Assembly (NCBI GenBank): GCA_033119305.1
Contig: VSWD01000008.1
Location: 62,132,347 to 62,196,346, forward strand
Reading direction: 5' to 3'
Source of the DNA: Pinctada imbricata
Taxonomy: Eukaryota
DNA length: 64,000 bases
Shown: positions 22,797 through 34,333 of the stretch, in pieces
Numbering within the stretch: position 1 is the stretch's first letter
How the letters are laid out: every line of letters starts with the position of its first letter
Translations under genes and position numbers: made by a program
The notes under the pieces: generated by a model
Databases searched by the model: none
Told to the model about the DNA's origin: nothing
What the model saw: only the letters and a program-made list of their open reading frames with translations

Positions 22797-23592
22797 GTAG
22801 TGTCATATAGCTACATCTATGTCATCATGGAAAAAAAAAGATTTTTATTGTCAAAGCTGCTATGTAATTCTTAATCATTTTTAAATGTTGCAAAATTATC
22901 ATCGTGTAGCTTGAGAGGCATTAGCCACACCAAGTAACACATTGCCTGGTGTTTACCTTTACATCCGTCACAAACTTTAATGTTTTAAGTGTAAGTGATA
23001 GGTTGTTAATGTACATGTACGTGTATTCCTGGTATGAAGATATTTTTGGGCATGCCTCAATTTTTGATCTTAATGTAATTTTGACTTGATCTACTCTTAA
23101 AGAAATTAAAATTGACAAAAGCTTTTGAACCATAAGTAATAGGTCATTGATACATGTGTTTGAGATCTGTTTTATGCAATCTTTCTGCACATTACAAAAT
23201 ATTTTACCTCCTAATCTTGACCTAGATGTTTGACCTGTTTTCCTGAAAATTAAAGTTGACCATATTACTAAGTTGTTGAAAACTACATGTAAAGTGAAAT
23301 GTATATTTCATACCAAAATGTTGACCCAGTTTCTATGCCCTTGGTGCATCTACATGTAAATACAAATAGTATAAATACATGTATACTGTACAGTTAGAGT
23401 CAAATGTACAAATGTACATGTATAGCAGGGGGCACACATGTTCAGATGTGTGAAGTTTTGGATTTATTATTCGTATATATACATGTATAGGATATACTGA
23501 TGGTTTGTTTGATTTGTTATATAAGGATGTTACATGAGATGTTTAATGTTATTTGAAAATAATGACATGCATGATCTGAATCTACATTCCAG

Positions 23593-23751
23593 GTTTATAG
23601 CGGAGAGAGGAGAAGGGGGTCAGTTGATGCATGTAGAGAAGATAGACGAAGCTTTCAATCTGAAATCATTGGCTACTCCAGCTCTAGAGAAAGTACCCAA
23701 GCCTGCCATTAGCCCAGAGAAGTCATTACCTGTAGTTAGTAATGCACCAAG
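23593..23751 (+). CDS. TEP1: TEP1-like exon 16.
   Basis: Translation (R)FIAERGEGGQLMHVEKIDEAFNLKSLATPALEKVPKPAISPEKSLPVVSNAP. Donor AG|GTAAAC. ORF-track ORF 23534..23755 is in the same frame. Confidence 0.8.
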
Positions 23752-24164
23752 GTAAACCCATAGAAACTTAGAAGATAAATTGGTGTTGTCAAGGGTCTGC
23801 TAATTCATGATTACACACTTAATTACTATTCTGAGAATGGTAAACCTGACTTGTAATGTACATGTACGCTTATAAATATTTGTTCATGTCAGTATGAAAT
23901 TTTTCGCCTGTTTTTCCTTTTTTTAACTTGAGATCAATTTTTGGTTAAAATACATACTATAAAGTCAAAGTTTTTCATGGATAATCTTATTTTTAAAACA
24001 ATTTCTCAACTTTTAAAGGTTTATCTTGATATATAATGCTGTTCTAGCAAATAAAATTTTGTTGTTGTGTATATTTATTATAATTAGTTTATTGATCCAT
24101 CAAAGATCCTGTATAACATGTATAATGATTAATCTATAAATGTATAATTTTTCCATACATGTAG

Positions 24165-24341
24165 ATGGAGGACTGTGAGGGTGTTTATATCCTCCACCTT
24201 TAGGGACATGCATGGAGAAAGGGACGTTCTTACCAGATTTGTCTTCCCTGAGTTACGGGCCCTTGGAAAGAAGCATTTCCTTAATATTCATGAAGTTGAC
24301 TTGCGCTGGGGAGTTACAGAAGAGGAATCTAAATCAAATAA
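24165..24341 (+). CDS. TEP1: TEP1-like exon 17 (DUF4062).
   Basis: Translation (R)[58 protein letters not shown] resembles human [54 protein letters not shown]. Donor AA|GTATGT. Confidence 0.9.
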
Positions 24342-25433
24342 GTATGTACATGTATATACACATGTAATAGACATTTCTGTGGTCATATTACTGTGATCAC
24401 TAATGTATTCATACAATGTTTTGTACCAATCAGATTATTTGATTTTCTTTTCATCATTACATACATACAGTGAAACTTGTCTAAACTGGATGTTGTTTGG
24501 ACTACCAAATTTGGCCGGATTAGACAGGATCCGGATTAAAGAATATGTGCTTTGTTAGGCCAGACAACTGACAAAGTGTCCCTGACATTACACTACGTAT
24601 GACTATTTTATCTATATTACTCTCCCATGCAATAATACACACTGAAAACATGTTGTTTAATCAATTCAGTTATATTTCATTCAACAACTTTATATACACT
24701 ATGAATCATGTAAAGTATTTAACTTTAAGTCTGAAGACAACGTATGTATTTCAGATCATATTTATAAAAATAAGTTTCTGTTGTGATTAGGTATTAAGCT
24801 TTGTTTAAAAATAACTTGGGTACTTGATTAAAATTCAGATTTGAAATCAGCAGTGATTGATACCTTAATTAAGTCCAGTCAAGTAATTGCTTGGGGCAGT
24901 AATTATCTTAACACAGGTGATACGCACAAATCAATTAACCCTAATTAGTCTTTGGGATTTAAGAGTTGGCCAGTTTAAGGAGGGTGTTTATATAGTAATT
25001 AACGATGTTTGATAAAGAAAATCGTTCGGTATTCAGAATAGACAGGATCCGTATTACAGAGGTGAATTTAAACATAATAGAGAAGGACCACAGAAATACA
25101 CCGATATAAACAAGTATCCGCTTTAGACAAGTTCCGGTTTTCACAAGTGGCACTGTATTATGCAGTAATGATGATTGCTCCATTTTGATTCTTTGATCTC
25201 TTCAAATATATTTTTAGGAAATGTTCTAATCTTTAAAAGGTATGAAACAAGTGCAGGGTAAATGAAATCATATTTTTCAAAAACCTTTTTATCTCGGATC
25301 ATTGCTTCTATTTGATCAGGAGAATTTGGAGAATTCTACCATGAAATAAGAATATTTCATGGTAGAATATGAACACTTTAATATTAAACAATGTTACTTT
25401 GGCAATAAAGACTTGAATTCTGTTCTTTTCTAG

Positions 25434-25676
25434 GACTTTAGAACTCTGCCTGTCGGAGATCAGACGATGCCAGTTCTTCATAGGAATCCTTGGAAGTAGA
25501 TATGGTTATGTTCCTGATAAGTATGATGTACCAGACACTCAGGAGTTCCAATGGCTGAAAGCGTACCCCCAGGGAGCCTCTGTTACCGAGCTGGAGATGC
25601 ACTCAGGAGCACTGTGTGACCCTAAAAAACTAGCCAGGAATGCATTCTTCTTCATCAGAGACCCAAACTTTGAGGA
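25434..25676 (+). CDS. TEP1: TEP1-like exon 18 (DUF4062).
   Basis: Translation (K)[80 protein letters not shown] resembles human [55 protein letters not shown]. Confidence 0.9.
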
Positions 25677-25908
25677 GTAAGATTCACCTTTTGTAAATTT
25701 CTTGTACATTTTGATAAAGTTAGCTTAGTTTAAGTATGCCTGTATATTAAATGTATATTCATTGTGTATGCTATTTTTATTTGTTAACAAGACCAGAAAA
25801 TTTCCTTTGAGCATATTGAGAATAAGTCTTTCATACATGTAAGTCTTTGAAATACACAACCTTTACTTAGCAGAATTTGAATTTTAAGTTTTTAATTAAA
25901 TCCTGTAG

Positions 25909-26016
25909 CTCCATTCCCAAAGAATTTAAGGATGATTTTGTGAGTGAGTCAGACAAGCAGAAACTGGATTCTTTGAAAACCAGAGTAAGGGGAAGTGGTC
26001 TAGAGGTGTATGACAT
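25909..26016 (+). CDS. TEP1: TEP1-like exon 19.
   Basis: Translation (D)SIPKEFKDDFVSESDKQKLDSLKTRVRGSGLEVYD resembles human [28 protein letters not shown]. Donor AT|GTAAGT. Confidence 0.85.
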
Positions 26017-26889
26017 GTAAGTAATGTATTTGTGAAATTTAATATGGACTCCATCTAAACATTCTCTTTTTCCTAACAAAATGAAATCTCCTCATTTGCA
26101 TGGATGACAAAACCAAGATTCACAATACGGAAAATAGCTTATCACTGAATTTGACTTATAAAGGTCCCAAATTTTAAGTTGTTTTTTGTCAAATACATAC
26201 ATTACAGAATTTTTTGTCCCTTTTGGGGGCCGCTATTCAGCCCCATTCCCAAAGGAAATAAGAATCTTTCTTCCCAACTGTGCCTCTAAAATTTCCCAAT
26301 CACATGTAGATGGAATTATCACCAAAATTAGTGAAATTTACTGGTTCAAAAGTAGCAAATTTACTGTTAATTTGCCATAATTTTTGTAATCAATACTAAT
26401 CATTAATTTAGTAATTAGATCAAATGAAAAAGAAAATCATTTGATTTAACATTCAATTCTGATCTATTGATTGTCTAAGCAGTCATTTACTTTATCTAAG
26501 TACTTCCCAAAATATTCCCAAAGGTCGTAAATTTTACCGATCGCATGTGCCCCGACCCCATTCCCAAATTAATAAAAACTGACCTGTTCACAAATATGTA
26601 TACATGTATGTACATGTATGGATGAATTTTACATTAGTACTATACACAATTATACAGTATCCAATAGATTGTCTAAATATTAAAAATTCTACCCCAAAAA
26701 CATAAATTGATGTACATGTTTCTTATATTAGACTTCAAACTTATCATACTTGAACTCTGATCTGCCCATATGTTGAAGTTCTAATAAAGCCTGCATTTTT
26801 AGAATTTTTCCAGGGAGCTTCACAAATTTCTTTCATTTTTCATAAATCATAATATTATCATTGATAACTAGGTATATTTTGTTATACAG

Positions 26890-27010
26890 GTATCCGTGTA
26901 CATGGGGTGGAGTAGTAGATGGCAAGCCTATCGTAGCTGGCCTAGACAGTTTTGCTGTCAGAGTTCTGAATAATCTATGGACAGCTATACAACAACAGTA
27001 CCCAGACGAG
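26890..27010 (+). CDS. TEP1: TEP1-like exon 20.
   Basis: Translation (M)YPCTWGGVVDGKPIVAGLDSFAVRVLNNLWTAIQQQYPDE resembles human [37 protein letters not shown]. Confidence 0.9.
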
Positions 27011-27049
27011 GTCTGTATTAATAATACATCATTTTGATTCCTTGTTTTG

Positions 27050-27119
27050 TTGTGTCGCCTGCGAAGCATAGCGACACTTAGGGATCACTTTGTCCGTTGT
27101 CCGTCTGTCCGTCTGTCCA

Positions 27120-27181
<62 letters not shown>

Positions 27182-28297
27182 ACACTTTGGGTGTCACAGC
27201 CCATAACTTTTGATTGGTAAGTGATAGGGCTTTGATATTTCACATGTGTATTCCTTGTGACAAGACCTTCCTACACATACCATAATTTTTTACCTAGTGA
27301 CCTTGACCTACATATTTGACCTACTTTTCAAAAAAATTAAGAATGGATATATCTTTTGATTGGTAGGTGATAGGGCTTTGATATTTCACATGTGCAATCC
27401 TTGTGGCAAGACCTTTCTACACATACCATTATTTTTGACCTTGTGACCTTGACCTAGATATTTGACCTACTTTTAAAAAAAAAAAAAGATTCCCTATATC
27501 TTTTGATTGGTAAGTGATAGGGCTTTGATATTTCACATATGTATTCCTTGTGACAAGACCTTCCTACACATACAATAATTTTTGATCTAGTGACCTTGAC
27601 CTACATATTTGACCTACTTTTCAAAAAAAATTAAGAATGAATATATCTTTTTATTGGTAAGTGTTAGGACTTTGATATTTCACATGTGCAATCCTTGTGG
27701 CAAGACCTTTCTACACATACCATAAATTTTGACATTGTGACCTTGACCTAGATATTTGACCTACTTTTGAAAAAAGATAAGATTCGCTATATCTTTTGAT
27801 TGGTAAGTGATAGGGCTTCGATATTTCACATGTGTATTCCTTCTGACAAGACCTTTCTACACAGACCATTAAATTTGACCTTTTGACCTTGATCCAGATA
27901 TTTGACCTACTTTTCAAGAAAAGTAATATTGGCTATATCTTTTGATTGGTAGGTGATAGGGCTTTGATATTTCACATGTATTTTCCTTGTAACAATGCCA
28001 TTCTACACATGCCATTATTTTTTTACCTTTTGACCTTGACCTACATATTTGACCTACTTTTCAAAAAAATTAAGAATGGATATATCTTTTGATTGGTAAG
28101 TGATAGGGCTTTGGTATTTCACATGTGTATTCCTTGTGACAAGACCTTTCTACACAGACCATAAAATTTGACCTTTTGACCTTGATCTAGATATTTGACC
28201 TAGACCTACTTTTCAAGAATTTTGATCCACTTTCTAGAATAATAATCAAATCGCTTCGCAGGCGACACAAGCATTCCTTGGATTGCTATTTTTTTCA
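27050..28297 (+). mobile_element. Pearl-like MITE, copy A, in TEP1 intron 20. It has a TIR-like start, a (GTCT)n microsatellite, about 6 tandem ~160-bp repeats, and a conserved tail.
   Basis: Left end TTGTGTCGCCTGCGAAGC at 27050..27067 has an inverted match GCTTCGCAGGCGACACAA at 28253..28270. (GTCT)n runs about 27097..27180. Tandem units are of the type ...gatagggctttgatatttcacatgtgtattccttgtgacaagacc...gaccttgacctacatatttgacctacttttcaaaaaaa... The architecture matches the pearl/CvA-type bivalve elements as I remember them. Confidence 0.7.
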
Positions 28298-28389
28298 TTA
28301 CCATGTTCAGATATTTTTCATACTTCACCATATTTTGTAACTTGAACTTTTTTTGCTTCCAGTGAAATTTGTGTCTTTCTTTCAAACAG

Positions 28390-28572
28390 AGTGCAATGAT
28401 AGATGATGCCACAAACACTAATCAGCTACACAAGGCGTTGATGGAGAGACACAGTAGTAGCTTTATCGGCAGGAAGGCACTTATCAAAGAATGTATGAAG
28501 CATATACAAGAAAAGACATCAGGGATACTGGTTCTGGCAGGCAAGCCTGGCACTGGAAAAACAGCTTTTGTT
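28390..28572 (+). CDS. TEP1: TEP1-like exon 21 (NACHT, Walker A P-loop).
   Basis: Translation SAMIDDATNTNQLHKALMERHSSSFIGRKALIKECMKHIQEKTSGILVLAGKPGTGKTAFV. The P-loop GKPGTGKT corresponds to human GQSGQGKTAF. ORF-track ORF 28369..28602 is in the same frame. Confidence 0.9.
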
Positions 28573-28937
28573 GTAAGTTCTACAAGAAAAAATAAAAAAT
28601 AAACTGATACTTTATGTTTACTCCATTTACTTTAAATGTAGAAGTTATTGTTTATTCATATTTTCCTTCATTGGGTTTTTATGCCCAAATGTGTACATTT
28701 AGGATAAAGCTTTAGTTTTAGAAATCAAAGAAATATTTTTGTTTGGCCACAAAACAGCACTGTATGTAGTCAGAACCTGCACTTGCAATAAATGCGCGTC
28801 AAATTGTCAAGTGTTATTTTCTAAGTTAATGAGAGGAAACTGCTTTTAATGATACCCATTTCTGTAGATGGAGAGTATGTTTTACATGTATTTTCTTAGA
28901 AATTTAACACATAGTCCTCATATGATTTATCTTACAG

Positions 28938-29113
28938 TCTGCCTTTGTGTATGCCTACCTCGCTTCTAAGTCATGTGACGGTCCCCACACGGTGATGGTC
29001 CACATGGTGGGTGCTGCCCCTGGATCCACCAATATCCTAGCAACCATCAAACGACTCTGTTATGAGCTGAGAAGGCAGTTCAGTATAGACACAACAATAC
29101 CTGAGGACATGAA
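28938..29113 (+). CDS. TEP1: TEP1-like exon 22 (NACHT).
   Basis: Translation SAFVYAYLASKSCDGPHTVMVHMVGAAPGSTNILATIKRLCYELRRQFSIDTTIPEDM resembles human LASLVSAL...FFHFSGARPDQGLALTLLRRLCTYLRGQL. Donor AA|GTAAGA. Confidence 0.85.
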
Positions 29114-29322
29114 GTAAGAAATTAAGATTTTTAAAATATGAAATTGAGGGGAAATTGATTCATTTTCAGAAAGAAAACTACTTTCTGGAAAAGAAATTAA
29201 GATATACAAAAAAAATTATTGAAATATTAAAGGTTATTAAGTAAATGATTCTTCCTCTACAATCCTAGCCTTATGTAGAAGTCTCAACCTCTGATTTTAA
29301 AGAATTATTTTGTCTCCTTTAG

Positions 29323-29470
29323 GAACATAACACCTAAGTTTGCTGAGCTGCTGAAGGAGGCAGGTAGACTGTGTAGTTCTCCGTTACTGATTATAATGGA
29401 CGGTATAGACATGATGGAACAAGCTCATCAACCTCATAACATGGAATGGCTACCTAATCCTATACCTGAC
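29323..29470 (+). CDS. TEP1: TEP1-like exon 23 (NACHT, Walker B).
   Basis: Translation (K)NITPKFAELLKEAGRLCSSPLLIIMDGIDMMEQAHQPHNMEWLPNPIPD resembles human VLIIDGADRLVDQNGQLISDWIPKKLP. Confidence 0.85.
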
Positions 29471-30118
29471 GTGAGTACATAGACATATCGTACGTGTATA
29501 CAGAATTATGGTGTACAGCTTGAAATGACCACCTTAGATAAAGAATCTAATCCAGCGGCTAATTTGTTATCTATGAAGACAACATTTGTTTGACAATACT
29601 TTATATTTTATTCTTCCGCATGTATTTACATAGTTTTCAATTTGACCTCAGAGGTACACTGTAAAATTTTTTAATCCTTAATTTTACTTTCCAAATTAAA
29701 GAAAGAAAAGAACTTCCTTAATTGAAAATATTTTTTAGTAAGTGGGTGTAAAGAAATGGTATAGTTATTTGACCATTAACATATCCAATGTACAAATGGA
29801 GATCTCGCCGACATCTTGTCCATTTAAATTGTGTTTAAATGATTTCGGTAATATTTGGCAGTGTCTAGATAGTTTTCGTGGTTTAGATAGTGGTTGGCAT
29901 GTTGGCAACCTTTGGTGTTGGAACCCAACTTTTATGTTGAATTATGGTATATCTAGGTAAAGATATGCCGTAATTCTAACCATATAATACACTTAATATT
30001 TATAATTATGTACAATGGATACCTTAAACTTTGTTTTGGACTGTTTTCATATAAATGGTTGTAATAAAGACGGATATACATCTGTAGTTACTTATGGATA
30101 GTTTAACTTTTTACACAG

Positions 30119-30295
30119 AATGTTGTGTTTGTGATGTCAGCCATTGAGGGCGGGAAATCTCATCAGGCCCTGAAAAGGCATAAGCCTGCAGAGGTAACAG
30201 TTGGAGGACTGGACATGTTTGACAAGGCAGATGTGATCAGAAATAACCTGGCTGTGTACGGCAAAGCACTGGATGAATCTCCCTTCAATAATCAG
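30119..30295 (+). CDS. TEP1: TEP1-like exon 24 (NACHT).
   Basis: Translation NVVFVMSAIEGGKSHQALKRHKPAEVTVGGLDMFDKADVIRNNLAVYGKALDESPFNNQ resembles human HLVLSVSSDAGLGETL...LVREELALYGKRLEESPFNNQ. Confidence 0.9.
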
Positions 30296-30611
30296 GTCGG
30301 TATTTTGGGGAGAAGGCAACTTCCATTTTATGTGAGACTTCCTTATACAAGCTGGCTTAACAATTTTGAATGTTTGAGTATCATGTTTGAACTTCATATT
30401 ACATCCATTCCCAAATCTAATTTTGCTGATTTTACTTTAAATTTATATTTCTTCAATTCTTTCTGAAAGAAGAATATTCTGACTATTAACATGTACATGC
30501 ACATATACATGTATTTCTTATGTGTGAAATTTTGTAAACTTGGTTATTTTTGCTTGGGGAAAATTTCAAGATGTTACACTTGGGGGAAATACAAGCGATA
30601 AAAATGTTTTT

Positions 30612-30621
30612 TGGATTTTTT

Positions 30622-30654
<33 letters not shown>

Positions 30655-30658
30655 GGAG
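30612..30658 (+). repeat. Poly(G) tract of about 44 nt in TEP1 intron 24.
   Basis: TTTTGG followed by an uninterrupted run of about 44 G, then AGGAGAGGG. The minus-strand ORF-track ORF 30486..30722 with PPPPPPPPPPPPP is an artefact. Confidence 0.95.
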
Positions 30659-30941
30659 AGGGTTGTGAAGTCCTTTGATTCACGAAATATGTGAAAATTA
30701 CCCCTCGCAAAAATTTCCACATTTACAGTAAAGAATTCTGTGTAGTTAGAACCACAAATCTTTTCAATGTAGATGTATTTTGCTTTAAAGTTTAAAGGCC
30801 AATGCTATAAATGCTATAAAGGTTGAGAAAATAGTTATTCCACAAGCCAAGTAGGAATTAATAGGTGTTCACTTAAATATTTACTCCTGAACCATAATAA
30901 GTGTTAAAGCAATTGATCAATATTACCTAACTTTGTTACAG

Positions 30942-31034
30942 ATGAAGCTTTTGCTGTCTAAGAGAGAGGCTGTCAACCCTCTGTTCTTACAACTAGCATG
31001 TGAGGAACTCAGAGTATTCGGGGTCTTTGAAAAG
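30942..31034 (+). CDS. TEP1: TEP1-like exon 25.
   Basis: Translation MKLLLSKREAVNPLFLQLACEELRVFGVFEK resembles human MRLLLVKRESGRPLYLRLVTDHLRLFTLYEQ. Confidence 0.9.
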
Positions 31035-31192
31035 GTATGCAACTTAATGAAGAAGCTCTATCTTTAGTACTTGTTCCATTTTGATAATATTCACTGTATA
31101 CACCTCATCCATTCATTACATTGACAAGTCCATGCCCCACACCACACCACTGTTATTACAGGAAGTATGTGTGTTTATTGTCTTTATTATAG

Positions 31193-31325
31193 GTGGGAGA
31201 GAAGTTAAAGTCCATGCCCCACACCACACCACTGTTATTACAGGAAGTACTGACTAGGCTGGAATCAGACCTGGGTTATGACACTGTATCCATGGCGATG
31301 TCATTACTGGCCTCTGTCAGAGATG
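31193..31325 (+). CDS. TEP1: TEP1-like exon 26.
   Basis: Translation VGEKLKSMPHTTPLLLQEVLTRLESDLGYDTVSMAMSLLASVRD resembles human VSERLRTLPATVPLLLQHILSTLEKEHG. Donor G|GTAGGG, phase 1. A partial copy of this exon lies 80 bp upstream in the intron. Confidence 0.9.
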
Positions 31326-31618
31326 GTAGGGCTTTGAAAACTGAATTTCTTGATAGATATTGTCATCTTGATACATATATGATACTGTCTTCGTGTTGTA
31401 TGAATCATCACAAAATTATATTGTAACAAATTCTATCAATAACTACAAGGCTTGCCCAAATGTTTTGCTGAAAAAGGGAAAAATTTAGTACTTTATATTT
31501 CTATGTAAATTTGTTCTGTTTAAAGTTTTATGAAACTAATGATATTCTCATAATTTAGTTGAGCATAAACATGTTTATTGACATCTAGCAGTTAAAACTA
31601 TACATTGATTGAATACAG

Positions 31619-31799
31619 GACTGGACATGGAAGAGCTCCATGAGTTACTGAGCATTAAAGAACTCCTAGGGGCGGCAAAGTACAGCACGGAGGATGTATA
31701 TAACGTAAAGCTTAGTCCAGATGTGATGGTGCCCCCTGCCATGTTCTCCTACCTACAGAGGGCACTACAGGCCTTCCTAACGCCTACAGAACCTGGCAG
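31619..31799 (+). CDS. TEP1: TEP1-like exon 27.
   Basis: Translation (G)LDMEELHELLSIKELLGAAKYSTEDVYNVKLSPDVMVPPAMFSYLQRALQAFLTPTEPG resembles human GLTVDQLHGVLSVWRTL. ORF-track ORF 31609..31914 is in the same frame. Confidence 0.8.
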
Positions 31800-32179
31800 G
31801 TATGTGGAATGGTTGTTTATTTCTCACACTGTACAGAATTATCCGTTAAATATCCACTCTGGGACATGTATGATTCACACACCCAGGTGTTTGACATTGG
31901 CTGCCAAAACATGAAGTCATGGGTCTTTACAATGATTTTGCATCACATAAGTAATCACTATCACAAATTTATATATAGTTACATTTCAGTTCTTGTTATT
32001 ATACTTTTTAGGGTGTAAAGAAAATGTAGAAAGGGTTGACAGATTCTGTTTGTCTTGACAAAATTTCATGTTCTTTGTAAGAGGAATTTTAAGAGGAATT
32101 AAAGAATTGAATTTTTTTTATCGCTATTCCTATTTAGAGCCTGTTTTGATCACTCAAATATTTTATTTTTCTTCATCAG

Positions 32180-32283
32180 TGAATACAGAATGACCTTGGC
32201 TCATGCAGAAATTATGACAGCCGTGAAACAGAGATACCTGAAAGGAATGGAGCACGAGCAAAGCTGTCATAAACTACTGGCTG
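32180..32283 (+). CDS. TEP1: TEP1-like exon 28.
   Basis: Translation (S)EYRMTLAHAEIMTAVKQRYLKGMEHEQSCHKLLA. Donor G|GTAAGG, phase 1. Confidence 0.8.
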
Positions 32284-32421
32284 GTAAGGACACAGTAAAT
32301 GTCTTGTTTATGTGATATGATATAATGGGATTTATTCAGGTAAATGTAAAACAAAGTCGCTGCACAATGTAACTAAGACACTTACAGGGGATACGGTCAA
32401 CACACTTTTGTTTACTTCTAG

Positions 32422-32510
32422 GCTTCTTCTACCAAAGAGCAGATTCCGGTCATAACGACACATTTGACAGCGGTAATGTCAGAGCTTTTGGCCAGCTTGC
32501 TTATCACTTG
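32422..32510 (+). CDS. TEP1: TEP1-like exon 29.
   Basis: Translation (G)FFYQRADSGHNDTFDSGNVRAFGQLAYHL resembles human FRSCPPEALGDLPYHL. Donor TTG|GTACGT. Confidence 0.8.
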
Positions 32511-32779
32511 GTACGTAATTATGAACATGGTATACATTTACCCTACCCTTGCATTACAATCATTTTTAATGTAAAAATGAACATGTACAAAATGTGTGTA
32601 TAAATAAACAAAACATATTGTATATACATGTATGTAATTAGAGTATAAACTACAGTATAGTCATTATTCCAAAGAATTGAAAAAAAATATTATCAAATAA
32701 TTCACTCTTGTGTTATTTGTATAGAAGTACATTAAGAACTGTAGTAAATGAATGTATTCATAATTTTGTTCTTTACCAG

Positions 32780-32894
32780 TCTCTAGCTGGAGATTTCCAC
32801 ATACTGGGGAAGGTATTGACCAATCTCCATTACATATACAACAAGTGTAAACTTGGACTCGGTGCTCAACTCCTGGAGGACTATCAAGAAAGAG
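32780..32894 (+). CDS. TEP1: TEP1-like exon 30.
   Basis: Translation SLAGDFHILGKVLTNLHYIYNKCKLGLGAQLLEDYQER resembles human LLSKFLTNLHVVAAHLELGLVSRLLEAH. Same frame as ORF-track ORF 32708..32929. Confidence 0.85.
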
Positions 32895-33005
32895 GTACAA
32901 AAATGTACCAAAATCATATCTTTTTCTAATTTGTCTTGAACTATAATTTTCCTTGAAGAAACTTCTTCTGTTTAGTACTTAAATATTTATCAAGAGTTAT
33001 GGAGT

Positions 33006-33578
33006 AAAGGGGTAGGGCCACGAGACCCCTAAATCGGCCCTCGATTTTTCTCTAGAAATAAATTTCATGGGGAATACTTGATATCTCTTATGAAAATACA
33101 CGAATGTTCACCGCTTTTAATGAAAAGAAAAATATCACCAAACATGGTGTCATTTAACTGTAATGACGTCATGAAGTGACGTCATTTTGACGTTATTGAC
33201 AAAATATGGCGAAAATTGCTTGGAATTTTGTCTTTTGTGGAAGAATTCAATGTGGCCGCATGCGTTAACTAAAATAAAACTTTTATGACAAAAGGATATA
33301 ATGATAATCTTTCACATATAATTTTTTCTTCCTAGTTAATGCATGCGGCCATTGCTAATTTTATAGAAATATGTAGTTTTTGCATCAATTTCGTGGAATA
33401 TGACCAATTTCGGTGTTTTCAAAGGGTTAAAAGCTATTGATAAACGCAATGTTGACGAAAGATAGATTCATGATTCAGTGGAGAAGGTTTCAAAATGTCA
33501 AATCACAGTAAAAAATTCTATGAAGTACAATGTTCAAAATCAGGGCCAATATCGGGCTTCGTGGCCCTACCCCTTTAT
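33006..33578. mobile_element. MITE (~570 bp) with ~19-22-bp terminal inverted repeats in TEP1 intron 30.
   Basis: TIRs TAAAGGGGTAGGGCCACGAGAC at 33006.. and GTCTTCGTGGCCCTACCCCTTTAT ending at 33578. There is an internal palindrome TGGCCGCATGCGTTAACT / AGTTAATGCATGCGGCCA. It contains TGACGTCA-like motifs. Confidence 0.6.
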
Positions 33579-33727
33579 GGAAGTGTTCAATGTGTGACGG
33601 AAACACATAATGATAGGCATGGATATGATTACTCTTGTAGTTCAAAGGAATGTTTTAAGAATTCATATAGTTCAATTTTGATTTTGAAAAATTGTTTTGC
33701 TAAATTTTCTTTGTATTTTTTTTTCAG

Positions 33728-33833
33728 TCTTCATCAGTAAAATGATGGAAAGAGAACAAAATAAGACGCTCACTTCTGTAAAAGTTCAGGAGTTCAAGAT
33801 GTTTGTCTCCAGACAACTTCACATCATAAACAA
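33728..33833 (+). CDS. TEP1: TEP1-like exon 31.
   Basis: Translation (V)FISKMMEREQNKTLTSVKVQEFKMFVSRQLHIIN. Acceptor TTTTCAG| and donor AA|GTAAAC. Weak similarity to human VPKEEQKLPEADVAVFRTFLRQQASIL. Confidence 0.7.
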
Positions 33834-34065
33834 GTAAACATATTTATCTTGTCTTATAATATATTTTACTTTCTTCTTTCATGTTAGGGTAGCAAATAGA
33901 TATAAAATCCCCTCTGAAATTAAAGCTACGAAATATCAAACGTTGCATCACAAATTTACAACTTTGTTTTTGACTAGCATGAAATGCATTAGTCTTTCTT
34001 TCTCAAAAGTAAGAATACTTTGATATAAATGTACATGTATAAACTCCTTTTACTATTTTTAACAG

Positions 34066-34333
34066 ACATCCAGCTCTGACCTGGCAGCAGGCCATGAATG
34101 AGCCTAAAGGTTCTGAGCCCCAGGGTGCGGCAGCTAGCCTGGAGGGTGGACTCACATCCTCCCGAGCCTACATGGAGTGGCAGAACAAGCCCACGGAGGT
34201 GGACCCTAACTATCTGACCATCAGTAACCTCCCCTTCCCTGTCACCTGTGTGGCGATATCACCAGATAATACGTACTTTGCCTGTGGTGGCCTGGACTGC
34301 TTAGTCAGACTCTACAGCTTGGAAACTGGCAAG
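34066..34333 (+). CDS. TEP1: TEP1-like exon 32, start of the WD40 repeats.
   Basis: Translation (K)HPALTWQQAMNEPKGSEPQGAAASLEGGLTSSRAYMEWQNKPTEVDPNYLTISNLPFPVTCVAISPDNTYFACGGLDCLVRLYSLETGK. Same frame as ORF-track ORF 34094..34369. Confidence 0.85.

Noticed and set aside
30486-30722. ORF-track minus-strand ORF with a 13-Pro run.
   Set aside because: It is the translation of the intronic poly(G) tract as CCC codons. It sits inside TEP1 intron 24.
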